A DNA stretch of 64,000 nucleotides from a virus: the IMG/VR virus record IMGVR_UViG_3300037245_003639, one strand, 5' to 3'. The position numbers were made by a program, and so were the translations under genes. The stretch's first letter is position 1. Every line of letters begins with the position of its first letter. Positions 33,609 through 42,521 of the stretch are shown here, in pieces. Under the pieces are notes generated by a model that saw only the letters and a list, made by a program, of their open reading frames with translations, did no database searches and was not told the DNA's origin.

Positions 33609-33950
33609 ATGGGTATGGGTTTTAGGATATCGGGATGCAGTTGCAAACGTTTATCGGGCGTGACTAATGTAACTATAACTAATCCCAACCCCGCGAATTT
33701 CAGTATCCTGAAATTTGAAATGGTCGGCGAGTTTTTGATCTTGTTTGTGCGTTATCCTGATTGTACTAACTTTGAAGGTCGAAAGATTTTGGTATTTGAA
33801 GATATTTCAGCAGACGATCTATTTGATCAAAAGCGACTTGACCCTCATTTCTGTGAAGAATGCTTTTCACCAATTGCTCGATTCGTTCCTACTCAACACG
33901 GTTGGGATTTAGCGATGAAATTTTGCCAAAAATGTTGCAACCACGATTGA
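33609..33950 (+). CDS. Cys-rich hypothetical protein
   Basis: 113 aa with RBS GGAGATTTGTCATG. Confidence 0.45.
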   Translation: MGMGFRISGCSCKRLSGVTNVTITNPNPANFSILKFEMVGEFLILFVRYPDCTNFEGRKILVFEDISADDLFDQKRLDPHFCEECFSPIARFVPTQHGWDLAMKFCQKCCNHD

Positions 33951-34111
33951 TGTCGCGTATAATTGTGGTCAGCAATGGAGGATAATGAAATGACTGAGCG
34001 CCAAGCCCTTTAGACGTTGTTCAACGTCGCTTCGAACAATTTAACATCCCTTTAGTTATCGATCGAAATATCATCCCCGATGATGATTCTACGCTTTTTG
34101 TATGCAGCGGC

Positions 34112-34876
34112 ATGCAAAGAGTACGACATCGTTTTCGTCAACTCGACAAACAGAAACACGGCTCTTTGCAGTCTTGCATTAGAACTAACGATCTGGACTC
34201 TGTTGGTGACGGGATGCATCTCACCTATTTCGAGATGCTGGGAAACTTCTCTTTTGGCCGCAACGATTTCGAGGAATCTGTGGAACTCTGGGATTGCATT
34301 ATCCAAGATTTCTCTATACCTGTGACCTTTGTAACAGTTCATCCAGATCGTAATGATCACCGACAGATGTGGCTCCAACGGGGCTACAAAGTTGTTGATA
34401 GTGATGAGAACAAATGGTCCGATGGAGAAATTGGTGGAGAATGTTGCGAGATTTTCTCTGGTCCTCTGGAAGTTGGCAACCTTGTAAATCCTATGGGACA
34501 TTCCACAGATGTCGGTTTCGGCTGGGAACGAATGCTTCAAATCATTGAAAAGAAAGAGCGGGTTGATGAAACCAGTTTGTTTGACCAATCTTTGGACCCA
34601 ATGGTTCGTGATCATGTGCGAACTTTGCGCATTTTGCGGGAACATGACATTCAACCAGGATCAAAAGGACGTGAATATATATGTCGTCGTTTAGTGCGGC
34701 GTATATTAGACCACAATCCGCCGGGCTTTGATGATTGGATTCATCGAGAACGAGAACTACGAGATGATCGCATTCACAAAGGTCGCAAATCTTATAGAAA
34801 GTTTCGTCAGAAATCTTCCCAATGGTGGTGGGAAACTTTCGGAATTTTGCCCGAAGAGATGAAATTGTTGTTATAA
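34112..34876 (+). CDS. alanyl-tRNA synthetase catalytic-domain-only protein (AlaRS-like, no tRNA-binding or editing domains); true start is upstream and out of frame
   Basis: QSCIRTNDLDSVG...HLTYFEMLGNFSFG matches the AlaRS class II core (E. coli QRCVRAGGKHNDLENVG...HHTFFEMLGNFSFGDYF). TDVGFGWERMLQII and VRDHVRTLRILREHD...GREYICRRLVRRIL match VDTGMGLERIAAVL and IADHIRACAFLIADG...GYVLRRIIRRAV. AlaRS-like sequence continues upstream in the +1 frame back to an ATG at about 33990. Confidence 0.7.
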   Translation: MQRVRHRFRQLDKQKHGSLQSCIRTNDLDSVGDGMHLTYFEMLGNFSFGRNDFEESVELWDCIIQDFSIPVTFVTVHPDRNDHRQMWLQRGYKVVDSDENKWSDGEIGGECCEIFSGPLEVGNLVNPMGHSTDVGFGWERMLQIIEKKERVDETSLFDQSLDPMVRDHVRTLRILREHDIQPGSKGREYICRRLVRRILDHNPPGFDDWIHRERELRDDRIHKGRKSYRKFRQKSSQWWWETFGILPEEMKLLL

Positions 34877-34894
34877 TTGTAGAGGCGGCTGTAG

Positions 34895-34962
34895 ATGAGT
34901 GTGTAACAAGTAGGTTCGAATCCTGCCAGCCGTCCTTTTTCGAGAATTGATGATGGCGCTTA
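34895..34962 (+). terminator. tRNA-like minihelix/terminator downstream of the AlaRS-like gene
   Basis: GCGGCTG..GTAGGTTCGAATCCTGCCAGCCGTCC followed by TTTTT; has an acceptor-like stem and T arm but no anticodon arm. Confidence 0.4.
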
Positions 34963-35004
34963 TTCTGCTGACGATATTCTGCGTCATCGCATATATCTGG
35001 CACT

Positions 35005-35202
35005 GTGCAAGAAAGATCTACCCTCATGGATAAGCCCCCATATAAAACGCACCTGCGTAAACAAGGAACTAAGTATAAAACTCACTGTGGGGCCAATGGC
35101 AAAGTAAAGATGCTTGTTGACACCTTTATTGCATTGGCCAAATACGACGATTCGGCTCTCTGTAAACGCTGTCTGAAAAGATACTTCAAGGAATTGGTAT
35201 AG
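35005..35202 (+). CDS. hypothetical small basic protein
   Basis: 65-aa ORF. Confidence 0.3.
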   Translation: MQERSTLMDKPPYKTHLRKQGTKYKTHCGANGKVKMLVDTFIALAKYDDSALCKRCLKRYFKELV

Positions 35203-35203
35203 C

Positions 35204-35446
35204 GTGGGTTATTTCCCCAATGGCACTTCAGGATGTATGTATGAAGAGAAATGGTGCGAGAATTGTCTCCATGGTCAGGGGGAATTGGGCAACGATTGCG
35301 CTGTTTGGTTAATTCATCAGATGTTCAATTATGATGAATGTAATAACCAAGAAAGTCCTTTGCATATTTTGATTCCAAGAGACAAGGAAGGTTTCAGCAA
35401 GAAATGTGCAATGTTCCACAAAATTCAGAAGGATGCATATGGTTAA
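35204..35446 (+). CDS. Cys-rich hypothetical protein
   Basis: 80 aa with CENCLHG...CAVW. Confidence 0.4.
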   Translation: MGYFPNGTSGCMYEEKWCENCLHGQGELGNDCAVWLIHQMFNYDECNNQESPLHILIPRDKEGFSKKCAMFHKIQKDAYG

Positions 35447-35996
35447 GGTTTGTGGACCCCGCGACAAGAGAAGACCCGAGGCTATCAATACCACGTCCCG
35501 CTCCAAGAACTGGAGTCGAGGATTAAGTCCGTTCGTTTTAGGCCCTATTGAATGTTGCGCTGGCATTATGGCTCGTAACGTCGAGAACGCTTGGCAGTAT
35601 TCCAAAGTCTATAAATGCCATACCAAAGAAGATGGTTCCCCATCGTTGGATTACTTCAAATGGGCCAAAGCTGGTTGGCTTGATCCCATGGCTCATCGAT
35701 ATCCAATGGGTAAAGGTGTAATACCTGAATACTCTTATTGGAACGGCAAAAAGTTGACTTACGTTCAAGCTCGCAAAGAGATTTACGTTCCTTTGTATTC
35801 TAAGGCCGTCGCTGATACTCCCGCATTTGCCAAACTCAAAGATCTTTATGAAGAGCAGGAAGAACTTTGGCTTTGGGACTTCGATGGGTATGATCATCGC
35901 AAGTTGGGTATGGATTTAAATGAGGTTCTTGACTGCGCTGAGAAAAAAATGGGTCATGCTTTTGTTCTCGCGATGATGCTGGAAGGATATCTATAA
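35433..35996 (+). CDS. hypothetical protein
   Basis: Start taken at MHMVKV; otherwise well-formed ORF. Confidence 0.45.
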   Translation: MHMVKVCGPRDKRRPEAINTTSRSKNWSRGLSPFVLGPIECCAGIMARNVENAWQYSKVYKCHTKEDGSPSLDYFKWAKAGWLDPMAHRYPMGKGVIPEYSYWNGKKLTYVQARKEIYVPLYSKAVADTPAFAKLKDLYEEQEELWLWDFDGYDHRKLGMDLNEVLDCAEKKMGHAFVLAMMLEGYL

Positions 35997-36685
35997 TGCA
36001 ATATAACGCAGTTCTGTTTGATTACGGAGATACGCTATCCGGCGGGCATGGTTGGATAAACCAAATGATTCAACAACTTTATGAATCAGGATATCGTCTG
36101 GGCATCGTTAGTAATAGCAATCGCTATGGAGATGCTTATTGGCTCCGTTCTCATATAGCCAAAAAGTGGCCCGGGCATTTCGAGGTTGTTATTGGATCAG
36201 GTGGATTTTTGGGTCATCAATCAGAATCCGGGGTATATATGGGGGGTTCACTCGGATGTCATAAACCAGATATGCGGATCTATGAGCGAGCAATCCATTT
36301 CCTTAACATGCCTCCCGCGAGAATTATGTTTGTTGGGGATACCTTTAATGCCGATGTTGTCGGTCCCAATGAGGCGGGAATGACGGGGTTTCTAGGGAAA
36401 AGCGATTTCGACTACGCCCCTAATCTCTGGGATAAACTGGGTGACAAACCTTGTCAACGTCGTAATTTGCTAACCAGTTATTCTGTTGAATACGAGAACA
36501 ATCATTGGGTCATTATCACTCGGTTGGTACATCTTACAGAACCACTCCAGAAAGATGAGGAGGTTATTGCGGGTCTCCGGCCATGGCAAGTAAAAGTATG
36601 GAACGTAAAACACGACAAAAACGATATCCTTGATACAACTAGGAACCACAGGAAATTAATACGTATCCACGTCGAGTCAATTTAA
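35996..36685 (+). CDS. HAD-superfamily hydrolase
   Basis: Motif I LFDYGDTL, motif II GIVSNS, motif III lysine CHKPD and motif IV FVGDTFNADV. Confidence 0.7.
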   Translation: MQYNAVLFDYGDTLSGGHGWINQMIQQLYESGYRLGIVSNSNRYGDAYWLRSHIAKKWPGHFEVVIGSGGFLGHQSESGVYMGGSLGCHKPDMRIYERAIHFLNMPPARIMFVGDTFNADVVGPNEAGMTGFLGKSDFDYAPNLWDKLGDKPCQRRNLLTSYSVEYENNHWVIITRLVHLTEPLQKDEEVIAGLRPWQVKVWNVKHDKNDILDTTRNHRKLIRIHVESI

Positions 36686-36787
36686 GGACTGAAATTTTCT
36701 CAAAAGCCCTTGACACGGCAAGTTGTTTCTGCTACTCTCCGTCCAGATTCAGTTTCAGGATAAGACAACTAAACAGGAGATTCCCTG

Positions 36788-37528
36788 ATGGGCAGGTTGA
36801 ATCAAGTCATTGCTGTGTGTTTGCCGGCAAAAGCTCGCGCTATCAACACGTTAGAGCAGGCTCACAGAGGGTGGAAATCAGACCAAATCGCTGGCATGAG
36901 CCGTACATATGAGCCTTTGGATGATGAAGGCGAGCAACAGCCTTCTGAAACGAAGGTCATCCAGCTCAAAGTTGGTGCCATTCTCAAGAAGGTCGAAACC
37001 GATCTGGTTGCTTTATACGATATTGTTGCCACGCAAGATACGGGCAATACCAAGGCAAAGGCCAGCATTGAAATAGACGGGCGCGTTCTGTTGAAAGATG
37101 TCCCTGTCACCATGCTGCTTTTCTTGGAGAAGCAGATGGCGATCAATATCATTCCATTCCTGCGTAAGTTGCCTACACTGCCGGCAGACCGTGAATGGAA
37201 GTACGACGAGGGCCGAGACTGCTACGTTTCAGATTCTGTTAAGAGCAATAGGACACAGAAAATTCCACAGACGCATATTTTGCATCCGCCAACGACTGAA
37301 CATCCGGCCCAATGCCAGATGTACAACGTTGACAAACCTGTCGGCGTCTGGACAACAACGTATTTCTCTGGGGCTCTTCCTGCGTCAGAGAAAACAGAGA
37401 TGTTGGCCCGAGCTGAGAAACTTCAGGATGCTCTCAAAAAGGCCCGAGAGGAAGCCAACAGCATGGAAGTGCAGTCGGTCAAGCTGGGCCAGACCGTGTG
37501 GAATTTCGTCTTCAATCAAGGAGGCTAA
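36788..37528 (+). CDS. hypothetical protein
   Basis: 246 aa with an upstream TTGACA promoter-like box and RBS GGAGATTCCCTGATG. Confidence 0.5.
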   Translation: MGRLNQVIAVCLPAKARAINTLEQAHRGWKSDQIAGMSRTYEPLDDEGEQQPSETKVIQLKVGAILKKVETDLVALYDIVATQDTGNTKAKASIEIDGRVLLKDVPVTMLLFLEKQMAINIIPFLRKLPTLPADREWKYDEGRDCYVSDSVKSNRTQKIPQTHILHPPTTEHPAQCQMYNVDKPVGVWTTTYFSGALPASEKTEMLARAEKLQDALKKAREEANSMEVQSVKLGQTVWNFVFNQGG

Positions 37529-37584
37529 CGAGTTACTCAAAAGAGTGCAGTCTTAGTTTTAGACTTAGACTAAACAAACGCCAT

Positions 37585-37614
37585 AAGTGCAGGTTCGAGT
37601 CCTGCCCCGACCAT
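37585..37614 (+). repeat. tRNA 3' fragment (T arm + CCCGACCA)
   Basis: AGTGCAGGTTCGAGTCCTGCCCCGACCA with no upstream 5' half; the matching 5' acceptor GGTCGGG lies about 140 nt downstream. Confidence 0.45.
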
Positions 37615-37752
37615 TGCTCCAAGATGACAACTGATGAGTTGGCGCTCGTAAGAGCAGTTGCCATCGACTTTAGGGTCTGGGAAACGGGCCGACGTGAAAA
37701 CGATGGTTGTCAGTCCCAAGGCACAGCGAGGGCGAGAGCCCTCGCGACGGTC

Positions 37753-37800
37753 GGGTAGCCCAACAGGCAGAGGCACCGCCCTCATAAGGCGGCGGCGTTT
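37753..37800 (+). pseudogene. tRNA-Met(CAT) 5' half (acceptor + D arm + anticodon arm)
   Basis: GGTCGGGTAGCCCAACAGGCAGAGGC CCGCC CTCATAA GGCGG; no contiguous T arm, and the acceptor pairs with the upstream 3' fragment at 37608. Confidence 0.4.
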
Positions 37801-37920
37801 AAGCTGAGATTATCACTCTAATCTAACTGTGCTGGGTCGTTAGGTCAAGCGTCAGTCACAGAACCGCTGGTCGAGGGTTCAAATCCCTCCCCCTGCTTTA
37901 CTGCAATCGTTGTTTCTACT

Positions 37921-37945
37921 TTTGCGGGGGTAGCTCAGTGGCAGA
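37921..37945 (+). pseudogene. tRNA 5' fragment
   Basis: GGGGGTAGCTCAGTGGCAGAGCA has an acceptor and D arm but nothing further. Confidence 0.35.
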
Positions 37946-38020
37946 GCAAGCGTCATCAAGATGATGGCTGACTTAAACGGAGAATACTAACGACCGTGGG
38001 TCCGCCTCAGCACAAACAAT

Positions 38021-38056
38021 CCTGCCCGTGACATGGGTATGTCACGGGCAGCCTTT
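38021..38056 (+). terminator. strong intrinsic terminator
   Basis: Perfect 13-bp inverted repeat CTGCCCGTGACAT..ATGTCACGGGCAG followed by CCTTTTTTAAT. Confidence 0.75.
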
Positions 38057-38065
38057 TTTAATTCC

Positions 38066-38090
38066 CTTGACAAATTCTATAATCCTCGCT
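38066..38090 (+). promoter_or_regulatory. compact TTGACA-N5-TATAAT promoter-like motif
   Basis: CCTTGACAAATTCTATAATCC; third copy of the closely spaced hexamer architecture. Confidence 0.4.
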
Positions 38091-38116
38091 ATGGTGTGAA
38101 TAGATCGGAGGCTAGC

Positions 38117-38467
38117 ATGGAACAATCGAAACGTCGATCAGCGGCAATGCCTGAATCTTGGCGATCTCTTCTTTCAAGGAAATCTGATAGATTCTGGTCC
38201 AAAGTTGACAGGAGCGTTCTTGACGGGTGTTGGATTTGGACTGCCAGCCGACAATCAGGTGAATATGGGCAAATTGGCCGAACCATCGAGGGGCGATGCA
38301 TTATGATATTGGCTCATCGCATGGCTTATTTTTTGGTAAAGGGAGAAATCCCGGCAGCTCATGATGTTCGTCATACTTGTGGCGAGAGACTCTGTTGTAA
38401 TCCCGCTCATCTCTTTCTAAAGAAGGTTGAAGCCAATCCAAGAACTCCCCTAGCAGTAGCAGTATGA
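38117..38467 (+). CDS. HNH homing endonuclease
   Basis: GCWIWT...GEYGQIG...AHRMAYFLVKGEIP...VRHTCGERLCCNPAHL (HNH_3 pattern); start at MEQSKRR with RBS GGAGG. Confidence 0.7.
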   Translation: MEQSKRRSAAMPESWRSLLSRKSDRFWSKVDRSVLDGCWIWTASRQSGEYGQIGRTIEGRCIMILAHRMAYFLVKGEIPAAHDVRHTCGERLCCNPAHLFLKKVEANPRTPLAVAV

Positions 38468-38530
38468 GATATGCAATTGGCAAGGCCGTCGAGGGTTTTA
38501 CCCCCAACGACCTTTACCGTTTGATTGGAT

Positions 38531-39805
38531 CTAAGGCTGCGCAGGAATCGGCTCGCCGGTCCAGTACGTAGGATGCGGGCGATGCATTAGATTCTCAAGC
38601 CGCAGACCATTCATCCAAACCGAGTTGTGAACATCACCATATCCGACGATCATGCCCGATTGAATATTGGTGATATTAGCCACCTTCACGCCACGGGTTT
38701 TACCATCCAACCTGACAAAGTATTTGGAGGCATAAGCTTCGTCGTGAATGTTTTCGATAACGACATTGCTAGTCCCTCCATATATCACTTCGTTATCAGT
38801 CTCGTCGCCCAAGACGAATGATGCTCCACAACTCCCGTAAGTCTTCGCCGTGAAATAGATATCATGAATCCAGACCGAGTGTGTTCTTGAACCCAACTTG
38901 ATGATGTAACGATCATGGGGGTCTGCGCCGGTTGGCAGGGTATCACAAGCAAAATGGCAACTACCATCGATAACGCCACCTGCATTACTGATAGCTCCTC
39001 CCGCTCCTGGGGTAAAACCGCCAGCAACATCACCATGGGGTGACGTGATGCGGTGATTATTGTATGAGCTTGTGAAATATGCTCCACCTATTTTACCTTG
39101 GAACCGAAAGTTACATGTATCAGTAATACGATAAACTTCGCAACCAATATTAACAAAACATGCACCACCGTAAGGGCTATCGTCGCCGAAGCGCCCACGC
39201 ATATCGCAGCGGGTGACAATGTTGAGGTTGGCATTATCTGACGGGAATTCCCTAGCCCATAACAAACCGCAACCGGGCATCGTGTAATTGTTATCTAGGG
39301 CTAATAATAACCCATCAAGAGTGGATCTCTCCGTCCCTGTCATATCAACAATAGGAGCGGAGGCTAATTGGGCGGGAAATCGAATGACTGCGAGATAACC
39401 TAATTCAAATTTCAGTTCAATTCTCGATCCTTGACGAAAATTAAGCGTCTGGGGCCAGGTTACTTGACCTGGTGTTATAGGAACAAAAACTCTGCCACCA
39501 CTACCTGCAATTTTAGCCAAAACTTGGCTCTGTACCGACCAGAATTTAGGATACATCGGCTCCAGAATCCCATTTGGCAGTAATCCTTCCGGGCTGCGGA
39601 ACTGTTCAGCTTGGGCTCTGGCTTCATCAGAGGTAAAGGGTACTCCCTTCTTTTTGAGGACTTCCAAAAACTTTTGGACCTTGTCAACCGGTTGCTTATC
39701 AGCGGGTTTGACATTGATGGGTTCGATCTTTGTTTTTTGAGGAGAGTTTACTTGAGCGCAAGCAACCCCAACTAAACATAGACTTACTACTGCAATCCAT
39801 TTCAT
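38531..39805 (-). CDS. secreted beta-helix/pectin-lyase-fold protein
   Basis: Signal peptide MKWIAVVSLCLVGVACAQ; Gly/Asn-rich repeated turns; 424 aa. Confidence 0.5.
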   Translation of the reverse strand: MKWIAVVSLCLVGVACAQVNSPQKTKIEPINVKPADKQPVDKVQKFLEVLKKKGVPFTSDEARAQAEQFRSPEGLLPNGILEPMYPKFWSVQSQVLAKIAGSGGRVFVPITPGQVTWPQTLNFRQGSRIELKFELGYLAVIRFPAQLASAPIVDMTGTERSTLDGLLLALDNNYTMPGCGLLWAREFPSDNANLNIVTRCDMRGRFGDDSPYGGACFVNIGCEVYRITDTCNFRFQGKIGGAYFTSSYNNHRITSPHGDVAGGFTPGAGGAISNAGGVIDGSCHFACDTLPTGADPHDRYIIKLGSRTHSVWIHDIYFTAKTYGSCGASFVLGDETDNEVIYGGTSNVVIENIHDEAYASKYFVRLDGKTRGVKVANITNIQSGMIVGYGDVHNSVWMNGLRLENLMHRPHPTYWTGEPIPAQP

Positions 39806-39913
39806 TTGATTCTCTCCAAAACATAGAAAACACGACTCGCGGCCACTGTATCAACTTTTTCTCTCTGGTCAAGCGCTTTCTGGTGGAATCCCGGCGAACA
39901 GGTATAATGGGGA

Positions 39914-40135
39914 ATGCCGACTTATGAATATCAGTGTGATGCCTGTGATCATCATTTTGAAGAACTCCAGTTAATCACCGCTAAACCGTTCAAAAAATGC
40001 CCCGAATGTGGGAAACGCAAGCTTATTAGGCTAATCGGAACAGGCATTGGTGTGATATTCAAGGGCTCGGGATTCTACGCCACCGATTATGCTCAGCCAC
40101 GAAAAGAACCTCCCAAAAACCAAAACAAATCTTGA
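39914..40135 (+). CDS. FmdB-family zinc-ribbon regulatory protein
   Basis: MPTYEYQCDACDHHFE...CPECG, the canonical FmdB N-terminus. Confidence 0.65.
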   Translation: MPTYEYQCDACDHHFEELQLITAKPFKKCPECGKRKLIRLIGTGIGVIFKGSGFYATDYAQPRKEPPKNQNKS

Positions 40136-40166
40136 CAAATCCGTTTTCCTGTGTTAGTTTGTTTGA

Positions 40167-40772
40167 ATGAAACAGTACCCAACCATTGCGAGGACCATTG
40201 ATCGAGGGCTCCAGATATACGCCTTCGACAAAATCGATGGTTCAAACATTCGGGCTGAATGGTCTCGAAAGAACGGCTTCTATAAGTTTGGGAGTCGCAA
40301 TGTGCTCATGGACGTAGATCATGAGCTTGGAGAGGCTGTAAAGCTCATACAGAAGGGTTACGCATTTGCTCTGGGAGAGATCTTCCGCAAGCAACGCTGG
40401 GACAGAGCTATCTGTTTCTTTGAGTTCTCCGGACCCAATTCGTTTGCAGGACAGCATGTTGATGAGCCCCACAAAGTAGTGCTTATCGATGTAAATCCGC
40501 ATAAAAAAGGCATCGAGCCTCCACGGGATTTCATTCGGACGTTCGGCGACCTGGGTATTCCCACTTGTTTGCATGTCGGCAAAGCAACTGTTTCGTTTGA
40601 GCAGTCTGTTCGGGATGGGACTCTGTCGGGATTGGGTTCCGAAGGCGTGGTTTGCAAGGGAGTCCGTAAAGGACGGCATCTGACGATGTTTAAGATCAAG
40701 AGTGATGCATGGATTGCAAAACTCAAAGACTTCTGTGGCGATGATGAAAAGAAGTTCCAGAGGTTACTATGA
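40167..40772 (+). CDS. ATP-dependent RNA ligase-like nucleotidyltransferase
   Basis: Covalent nucleotidyltransferase motifs I KIDGSN, III FFEFSG, IV EGVVCKG and V MFKIKSD in a compact 201-aa protein. Confidence 0.6.
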   Translation: MKQYPTIARTIDRGLQIYAFDKIDGSNIRAEWSRKNGFYKFGSRNVLMDVDHELGEAVKLIQKGYAFALGEIFRKQRWDRAICFFEFSGPNSFAGQHVDEPHKVVLIDVNPHKKGIEPPRDFIRTFGDLGIPTCLHVGKATVSFEQSVRDGTLSGLGSEGVVCKGVRKGRHLTMFKIKSDAWIAKLKDFCGDDEKKFQRLL

Positions 40773-40969
40773 CCGATACTCAAATCAAACGCAAGGCCAG
40801 ACATCTCGCACAAAAGTATGCCCGCCTTGTAAATGAACAACATAAGCATTACGAAGATATCGAAATGCGGGGTGGCAATTCATTTGAGTATGGACGAAAG
40901 ACCGAAGAACAAATTCTCACAGAAGTGATCGAAGCTGCTTTAAAAAAAGCTTCCGAAAGTCAGGCATGA
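40769..40969 (+). CDS. hypothetical protein
   Basis: 66 aa, translationally coupled by an ATGA overlap. Confidence 0.4.
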   Translation: MTDTQIKRKARHLAQKYARLVNEQHKHYEDIEMRGGNSFEYGRKTEEQILTEVIEAALKKASESQA

Positions 40970-41805
40970 ATGTGAAATGGCTGGTTGAGCGTGATGTTTT
41001 CTCAGAAGATCTCGGCCCTCTGATTGCCGAAATTCAGCGGCAAGGCATGGAGGTTGAGCAAATCAAATACATCCCCTTCGAATCGGGTTCATATGATAAC
41101 TATGACCCCGGTGATTGTGTGATATGCTATGGTTCGCTCAATCTGGTCCGACAACTTCAGCGACAAAAACCTTGGATACCAGGTAGCTTTTGTACGTTGC
41201 CCAACTTCGAATGCAGCAAGTATTACGCTTACTTTGGTAAATATCTGCTTAATAGCGAATATCGCATGATGCCACTGGCCGAACTCAAACGTCGCAAAGA
41301 AGAGCTATTCCAGAGTTATAAAGTCGGCGGCTTATCCCCAGAGTGCGATGATCCTGAATTCTTTGTACGACCTAGCAGTGGTTTCAAAACCTTTACTGGC
41401 AAAGTCATCAAGGCCAGCACGTTCGACAGCGATTATGAATGGTTCGAAGAATTTGCTGACCCCGAGGCTTTAGTTGTTGCTGCCGGCCCACAAAGAGTAA
41501 TGAGCGAATGGCGGTTCGTTGTTTGTCAGCATAGAATCATCGCGGGTTCTCGATATCAACCATCACAGCCGGTTGGCGATAACGAGGAAGATGCGGCTGC
41601 TTGGAATTTAGCAGCTCATATTGCCAGGACACCTTGGCAGCCCGACCCTATGTGGATTCTGGATATCTGTAAGACATCCGGGGGTCTTTCTCTGCTTGAA
41701 ATCAACAGTTTCAGTTGTTCGGGTTTTTATGCCTGTGATGTAGAACCGATTGTCAGAGAGGCCACCCGCTTGGCTTTATGGGAATGGATGGAGATAAATG
41801 GCTGA
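40966..41805 (+). CDS. ATP-grasp domain protein
   Basis: C-terminal SLLEINSFSCSGFY resembles the ATP-grasp Mg-binding motif; fused to an N-terminal domain of unknown function. Confidence 0.45.
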   Translation: MNVKWLVERDVFSEDLGPLIAEIQRQGMEVEQIKYIPFESGSYDNYDPGDCVICYGSLNLVRQLQRQKPWIPGSFCTLPNFECSKYYAYFGKYLLNSEYRMMPLAELKRRKEELFQSYKVGGLSPECDDPEFFVRPSSGFKTFTGKVIKASTFDSDYEWFEEFADPEALVVAAGPQRVMSEWRFVVCQHRIIAGSRYQPSQPVGDNEEDAAAWNLAAHIARTPWQPDPMWILDICKTSGGLSLLEINSFSCSGFYACDVEPIVREATRLALWEWMEING

Positions 41806-41980
41806 TACCTACCGAGCAGACCTCGGCGTGAAGTGTGAAGACTGTAAAACCGATGACGCCATTTTCAAACATTGGGGACCGCTTGCTCCTCCCGGTAAGA
41901 TTATCCAATGTTGTGCGGGTTGTATGAAAAAAAGAGGAATCTACCTTGCGGAGCATGGACATGCACTGGAAAAATTTTGA
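41798..41980 (+). CDS. small zinc-binding protein
   Basis: 60 aa with CEDCK...CCAGC. Confidence 0.35.
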   Translation: MADTYRADLGVKCEDCKTDDAIFKHWGPLAPPGKIIQCCAGCMKKRGIYLAEHGHALEKF

Positions 41981-42521
41981 CTATCAAGAATGGCAAAAGG
42001 AAGACCGAGCTTTCAATCATCCGGAATTCGATGCGGCAATGAAGAAAGCCCTTGAAGCAGCAGCGGGTCTACCTGACATAATCAAAGATGTTGGCAAACT
42101 GACTCGTCCTCCCTGGAAACCAAACGCCTATTACAATAGAGATGGAGACCAACTCGAAGTCTGGCTATCAGATGAAGAGTCCTATGCACGTTGGATCTGC
42201 CCAGGCGTCACTGTTTATCTGTCAATGGAGACAGAGGAGGTTGTTGGAGTAACTGTTGAAGGCATCAAAAGAAAAGTTCAGCATCATACTCTTGAAATCA
42301 AGGAAGAAGCTTGGGAGGCCGATGAGCGTATAATAACCATAGATGGTGCTGCTGTGGGCAGAACTTTGAGCAAACAGGATGCCAAAATTGTTGAACAATG
42401 GTTACAGTCAGCAAAGAGCGAATTATGGACCTCAAAGTCGTTAGCGGGAACCTCTTCGAAGCCACCGAGCGATTCATCTGCCACCAATGCAACTCCGTCA
42501 CCAACCGAGGAGCCAATTTAG
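41946..42521 (+). CDS. hypothetical protein with low-complexity Ser/Thr/Pro C-terminus
   Basis: 191-aa ORF. Confidence 0.45.
   Translation: MRSMDMHWKNFDYQEWQKEDRAFNHPEFDAAMKKALEAAAGLPDIIKDVGKLTRPPWKPNAYYNRDGDQLEVWLSDEESYARWICPGVTVYLSMETEEVVGVTVEGIKRKVQHHTLEIKEEAWEADERIITIDGAAVGRTLSKQDAKIVEQWLQSAKSELWTSKSLAGTSSKPPSDSSATNATPSPTEEPI

Noticed and set aside
34052-34654. 200-aa minus-strand ORF opposite the AlaRS-like gene
   Set aside because: The plus strand carries unmistakable AlaRS class II motifs; the minus ORF has no features.
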